A model generated the notes under the pieces. The model ran no database searches, was not told the DNA's origin, and saw only the letters and a program-made list of their open reading frames with translations. 28,020 nt of DNA from a virus. Taxonomy: Duplodnaviria > Caudoviricetes. Position 1 is the first letter of the stretch. The number at the start of each line of letters is the position of its first letter. This document shows, in pieces, positions 24,111 to 28,020 of this stretch. The DNA lies in the IMG/VR virus record IMGVR_UViG_3300010052_000218, positions 1 through 28,020 of that record; one strand, given 5' to 3'. The translations under genes were made by a program, and so were the position numbers.

Positions 24111-24866
24111 ATGGAGTCCTTAACCACCGAAAATCAGCCGCTCGAGTTCACGGGCGCCGCCGCCGGCGAATGTGCCGGCTATCTGTTCGACCCGGCCGCC
24201 AATCTGCTCCGCCGGCGAGAAGCTATCGGCTTCGGCGAGGCGAGCTTCTTCGTCCGCACGATCGATCGCGCGCTGGCGAACAGCATCATCATCGCCAACC
24301 ACTACAGCCGCCGCGTCTACAGCGCGTCCACGCTCCACCTCGGCGTCTTCATCGGCGGCGAGCTGCTGGGCGTGCTTCAGTACGGCTTTGCCATGAACCC
24401 CGCGTCAGCAGACAGCGTCGTGGCGGGCACAGGCATGCGCGAATACCTCGAGCTCAACCGGATGTGGCTCGACGATCGCGCGCTGCGGAACAGCGAAAGT
24501 CGCGCCCTCGCCTTCTCGATTCGGCTGATCCGCCGCGTTCGCCCCGAGGTGAAATGGATCCAGTCGTTCGCCGACGAGCGCTGCGGCCTGTTTGGCACCG
24601 TCTACCAGGCGGCCGGGTTCACCTATCACGGTGAGCACAAGGGCATCTTCTGGGAGCTGGATGGCGAGTTCTATCACAACTCCCTCGCCACCAACTCGAA
24701 GACGGCGAAATCCCCGCGCGCGGCTCACCTGCTGGCGAACATCGATCGCGCTACGCGGCACCAGCTGCGCCAGTTCCGATATTTGCGCTTCCTGAAGCCG
24801 CGGTTCGCCAAGGGGTGCCGCCACCCGGCCCGGCCCTATCCCAAGCCGACCTACTCGGAACGCTGA
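24111..24866 (+). CDS. mom: Phage Mu Mom-family adenine modification enzyme
   Basis: NHYSRR...HLGVF...GVLQYG.A.NP.S...Y.ELNRMWL.D...RNSESRA...W.QSFADERCG..G.VYQA..F...ELDGE.YH...RY.RFL...PYPK follows Mu Mom along its length. Confidence 0.9.
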   Translation: MESLTTENQPLEFTGAAAGECAGYLFDPAANLLRRREAIGFGEASFFVRTIDRALANSIIIANHYSRRVYSASTLHLGVFIGGELLGVLQYGFAMNPASADSVVAGTGMREYLELNRMWLDDRALRNSESRALAFSIRLIRRVRPEVKWIQSFADERCGLFGTVYQAAGFTYHGEHKGIFWELDGEFYHNSLATNSKTAKSPRAAHLLANIDRATRHQLRQFRYLRFLKPRFAKGCRHPARPYPKPTYSER

Positions 24867-24874
24867 CCGATGCG

Positions 24875-24904
24875 CCGAGCCCGCGTTGACCCGCGTGGGC
24901 TCGG
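24875..24904 (+). other. GC-rich hairpin after the mom stop (no U-tract)
   Basis: CCGAGCCC...GGGCTCGG inverted repeat. Confidence 0.6.
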
Positions 24905-24913
24905 ACCCTATTC

Positions 24914-25014
24914 CTCAAGGCGTAGGGAGATGCGGGTTCGAATCCCGTTCGGTGTTGATCCGCGGTGCACAGCGGGGAGTCGGTAGCTTAACGGTAGAGC
25001 ACCCGCCTCTAGAG
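24914..25014 (+). ncRNA. Circularly permuted tRNA-like RNA (YrlA-like architecture)
   Basis: T arm GCGGG TTCGAAT CCCGT (24932-24948) precedes D arm TA-GCTT AACGGTA GAGC (24984-25000); closed by CTC.AGGC...GGG / CCC GCCT...GAG. Confidence 0.65.
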
Positions 25015-25026
25015 ACATGGCGATGA

Positions 25027-25154
25027 CGCTGCGGGCCGGACTTGATACCGGCTTTGCTGGCTTTCCTGCGCCAAACCAGCGAGCTTCGGCGGGCAAGCCT
25101 GTGGCGCACCTGTGGTTCCCGCCTCGGAGCGTGCCCTTCCACGCCGCCGCAGCG
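25027..25154 (-). ncRNA. tRNA-like RNA with expanded central arms
   Basis: 8-bp terminal stem CGCTGCGG/CCGCAGCG; D-like GCGTG GAAGGG CACGC; T-like GCCGG TATCAAGT CCGGC; two extra stem-loops. Confidence 0.6.
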
Positions 25155-25159
25155 AAAAT

Positions 25160-25188
25160 CATCTACCAGCAGTTGCAGTTTGGGCCAA
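25160..25188 (-). promoter_or_regulatory. Putative sigma70 promoter for the minus-strand tRNA-like RNA
   Basis: TTGGCC-N17-TAGATG, followed by 5 nt and then the terminal stem. Confidence 0.5.
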
Positions 25189-25319
25189 GCAGCGGCACCA
25201 GCGGCATCGCGGCCCGTCCATTGGACGAGCGCCCTCCCCGGGCGTGAGAGGACGGCGCGACCCCGTCGGGCCGCTCCACCGATATCGACACGCTGGCGTC
25301 GCGCCTGCAGAATGGCGAG

Positions 25320-25709
25320 ATGAGCCTTGCCGAACTCAGCATCTTCGTCGTCGGGATCAACTATGCGAACGAGGACGGGAGCGATCGCCGGACCGAGCTA
25401 GGCCGGCTCGCGCCTGGCGATCCCGTCGAGCTGCGCCGCGAGCCGGAGAACAAGCACGATCCCGACGCAGTCGCCGTGTTCAGCGGCCGCGGAGCCCAAG
25501 TCGGCTATCTTCCGGCCGCGTTCTGTAAAGAGATCGGGCAACGGATGCTGGCAGAGCCGTATGCAGCAGTTTTCCACTGGCTGGGCGAGCAGGTCGCGGC
25601 GATCCGCATCAGGTTCGGGGGCGGCGAACCGACGCTTCCCCAAGACCACGAGCCGCGGGAGCCCGGCGACTTCTTTCCGGATGCGGACGGGCCGATGTGG
25701 GGAGCTTAA
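25320..25709 (+). CDS. HIRAN domain protein
   Basis: VVGINY...L.PGDPVELRREPENKHDPDAVAVF...GAQVGYLP. Confidence 0.9.
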   Translation: MSLAELSIFVVGINYANEDGSDRRTELGRLAPGDPVELRREPENKHDPDAVAVFSGRGAQVGYLPAAFCKEIGQRMLAEPYAAVFHWLGEQVAAIRIRFGGGEPTLPQDHEPREPGDFFPDADGPMWGA

Positions 25710-25715
25710 ATCCGG

Positions 25716-26378
25716 CTAGCGGCCTACGTCTTCGAGCTTCGACACCACCCACTCGGCATTGGCGACGAACTGTTTCAGCGCCGCGCGGCTGACTGGTTCC
25801 TCGGGGCTATGGATCGCCTGATTGCGGATCCTTGCGAGATCGGAAATCAACGGCCGAAGCTAGGGCTGGATGAGACCTGCTCGCCGCAGAGCGTCAGCAT
25901 TGCGCAAGACGGTCGAGTAAGGTGCGCCAATCGAGCCGCGGTCCAAGTTCGCCCGGATCACGGCGTCGCGCACCGCCTTCTCCACCTTGACCCATGCTGT
26001 CACGATCGTGTCGATCGGTGGGCTGTGGAGGTCGACATCCGGTGCATCCGCTGGCGGCGCGCGATCAGGAAGTTCGTCCTGGATCATCTCTTCAGTCGAT
26101 ACCTCCATACCCACGCCCTTCAAGGTGCGCAGGCGCGAGATCAATCTCGTGATCGGCTCGCGGAAAATCAGCAGAGCCACGATGACGGTGATCGGCCAGG
26201 CAAATGAGCTCGCGATCGACGACGCTGCATCGCTGCACCCCTTGCCTTCAGTCGACTTGGCCGAGCTCGGCACGTTGATGACGATCGACCGTTCGGCCGG
26301 TGCACTCAGCGCTGGAGGCGGTGCGCGCCCTTCCGGGGGGGCCTGGAGCGGTGCTGCTTGGATCGCGTTGACTGCCAT
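25716..26378 (-). pseudogene. Membrane-anchored HEPN-like protein interrupted by an in-frame TAG at 25860-25862
   Basis: TM segment AWPITVIVALLIFREPI; P...IVTAWVKVEKAV; beyond the TAG the frame stays open for 47 codons, including LARIRNQAIH (RxxxxH). Confidence 0.75.
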
Positions 26379-26427
26379 CGCGACAGGCTAGCGCGACGGG
26401 CCGCTCGCGAAAAGGTCAGGCGGTACG

Positions 26428-26613
26428 CTACTCGATCCGGATCTCGGTCCCGTGCAAGCGAACGTGTCGCGGCTCCATATATGAGCGGTAATTCGCGAAG
26501 ATCACGACGCGAGGATCACGCTCCCCGCGGCTGGCACATTCGTGCGCCATCTTCTCGAGTGCCGCAATCAGCTCGCGCAACCGGATACCGTCGGACGATG
26601 CTTGGTGGACCAT
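26428..26613 (-). CDS. Possible small hypothetical protein
   Basis: ATG at 26613 within track ORF 26428-26781; no recognised motif. Confidence 0.35.
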   Translation of the reverse strand: MVHQASSDGIRLRELIAALEKMAHECASRGERDPRVVIFANYRSYMEPRHVRLHGTEIRIE

Positions 26614-26852
26614 AGAAGCGTGACCGGGACCGAATGAATGAATGAAAGAGTGGCGAGCATTGCCAGCAACCTCGGCGTCCGGAAACCCCTTCAGGACGCC
26701 GATCACCGCCCACACCGCCGATGGACATTTGAGCGCGGCTGACGCGAAAATCAGCAGGCGCCATATTCCGACAAAATTCAATTGCCCAGAGAGGAGTAAC
26801 GCGGTACAGAATGAGAAAATGTCGGAACGGGCATTGAAAAGCTTAGAAATCC

Positions 26853-26902
26853 GCTGACTCTTAATCAGCGGGTCCTAGGTTCGAGCCCTAGTGCGTCCAC
26901 CA
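26853..26902 (+). mobile_element. att core: 3' portion of tRNA-Lys(CTT)
   Basis: GCTGA CTCTTAA TCAGC GGGTC CTAGG TTCGAGC CCTAG TGCGTCC ACCA; no D arm or 5' acceptor strand upstream. Confidence 0.9.
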
Positions 26903-26919
26903 TCCTTCTTCCTTACATT

Positions 26920-28020
26920 TCAACATCTTACACCGTCTTGTGACGCCAAAATCAGCACGCCCTTACGTGGGGATGTAGGTGATTTTGTGACATGGGCTTC
27001 CGCAGTTTTCTGCGCCTCTCCGGTTATCCCGGTTTGTGGCCCAAAAGTCAGCTGGTCGGCATAAGGCTGGAGGTGCTTCACCGACATGTGCGCATAGCGT
27101 CGCACCATCGCTTCCGACTTCCAGCCACCCAGCTCCTGAAGCACCCAGGTGGGCACGTCACTTTGCCGGAGCCAACTCGCCCAGGTGTGGCGCAGATCAT
27201 GCCAGCGGAAATCGCTGATCCCTGCTCGCACAAGCGCCTTGCGCCACGCCCGTGTATTCGCCGACCGGAGGGGCTCCCCCCGAAAGGTGAACACATGCGT
27301 CTCATGCTTGCCCCGCTGCCGCTCTAGAACGGCCATGGCCAGATCGTTGAGAGGGACGCCCAGGGCTTCCCCGTTCTTCGTATCGCCATGTTCGACCATC
27401 GCCATGCGCCGGTTCAGGTAAACACGATCCCAGGTGAGATCGAGGACGTTCCCCTGACGCAGGCCGGTGGCCAGTGCAAACACGACCACTTCGCGCTGAT
27501 GCTCGGGCAGCTCCTTGAGCAGGCGTTCAGCCTGCGCCTCGGTGATCCAGCGAACCCGGACCTTGCCGCCCCTGCTATAGGTCTTGAACGCCGGAACGGT
27601 GTCGATCCACTCCCATTCGCGCATCGCCCGCCGGAACATGGCGCGGATAAGCGCCACATAAATATCCTTGGTGCGATCCGAGCCATGGATGTGGCGGGTC
27701 ACAAGTCCGTCGATCAAGCTCCGGTCGATCTGGTCGAGGGTCTTGCCTCTCAGATAACCGGTGAACCAGCGGATGATCTGCACATCGCCCCGATAGGACT
27801 TTTTGTGCGACTTCTCCTTGAGCCATCGCAGCGCCGTCTCGTCCCAGGTCCGTTTCGGCTTTAGCTTTAGTCTCGTCAGGTCCCACAGCTGCGCCTTCAG
27901 CTTGTCGTGGTATTCCTTCGCTTTTTCCCGGTCGGTGGTGCCAGTAGTGTGTCTAATTCGGCTTCCGTCCGGGGCCGTGATGTCAACAAAATAGGTATTT
28001 GCACGTTTCCAGAGTGCCAT
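26920..28020 (-). CDS. int: Tyrosine integrase, P22 Int-like
   Basis: ATGLRQGN, TKNG, FRWHDLRHTWASW, LQELGGWKS..MVRRYAH; N-terminal HDKLKA..W and RWLKEKSHKKS as in P22 Int; ends beside the att core. Confidence 0.95.
   Translation of the reverse strand: MALWKRANTYFVDITAPDGSRIRHTTGTTDREKAKEYHDKLKAQLWDLTRLKLKPKRTWDETALRWLKEKSHKKSYRGDVQIIRWFTGYLRGKTLDQIDRSLIDGLVTRHIHGSDRTKDIYVALIRAMFRRAMREWEWIDTVPAFKTYSRGGKVRVRWITEAQAERLLKELPEHQREVVVFALATGLRQGNVLDLTWDRVYLNRRMAMVEHGDTKNGEALGVPLNDLAMAVLERQRGKHETHVFTFRGEPLRSANTRAWRKALVRAGISDFRWHDLRHTWASWLRQSDVPTWVLQELGGWKSEAMVRRYAHMSVKHLQPYADQLTFGPQTGITGEAQKTAEAHVTKSPTSPRKGVLILASQDGVRC

Larger units (their letters stand above)
1..26902 (+). mobile_element. Siphovirus-like temperate phage, late and accessory regions
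   Basis: Contiguous head-tail, tail and lysis genes followed by accessory genes and an att core. Confidence 0.92.

Noticed and set aside
24872-24956. Non-permuted cloverleaf using GCGCCGA/TCGGTGT as acceptor stem
   Set aside because: It pairs well but has no canonical D arm, competes with the 24875-24904 hairpin and leaves the canonical D arm at 24984-25000 unexplained. It remains a possible alternative conformer.
24914-25014. Functional amber suppressor tRNA or two-piece tmRNA
   Set aside because: The partner strand for CCCGC is interrupted (GCGTAGGG), the acceptor helix is weak, and there is no CCA. A paired D stem and no tag reading frame argue against tmRNA.
23998-25074. TGCGCCAA in the mom leader hairpin is complementary to a loop of the minus-strand RNA
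   Set aside because: A single 8-nt match in GC-rich DNA can easily be chance, and that loop already has an intramolecular partner.
25860-25862. Pyrrolysine or whole-genome TAG recoding
   Set aside because: No pyl genes are present, and TAG acts as a normal stop in other genes (for example 2375, 4613, 18697, 20591).
26853-26902. Intact tRNA-Lys gene
   Set aside because: The 5' acceptor strand and D arm are absent.

Overview
GC-rich alphaproteobacterial DNA (probably sphingomonad, by inference) carrying the late half of a long-tailed temperate phage. Order: head-tail joining genes (1-2375); tail tube and a tail-chaperone pair joined by a -1 slippery site (2830-4201); a moron with an RHH regulator and a NUMOD4-HNH nuclease (4242-6223); a tape measure protein with an internal M15-type peptidase motif; tail-tip, lipoprotein and tail-fibre genes; a lysis cassette with a DUF3380 muramidase; and an accessory region (20968-26800). 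The accessory region holds higBA, a LexA-box-preceded degenerate SRAP fusion, a Mu Mom homologue, a HIRAN protein and a TM-HEPN-like gene whose RxxxxH motif lies behind an in-frame TAG. The window ends with a tRNA-Lys(CTT) 3' fragment (att core) and a P22-like integrase. The most unusual signal is non-coding: three tRNA-shaped elements that are not normal tRNAs. They are a degenerate cloverleaf in the tail operon (2405-2478), a circularly permuted tRNA/YrlA-like RNA (24914-25014) and a convergent tRNA-like RNA with its own promoter-like sequence and a possible kissing loop (25027-25154). All calls come from manual motif recognition and hand folding; no searches were run.
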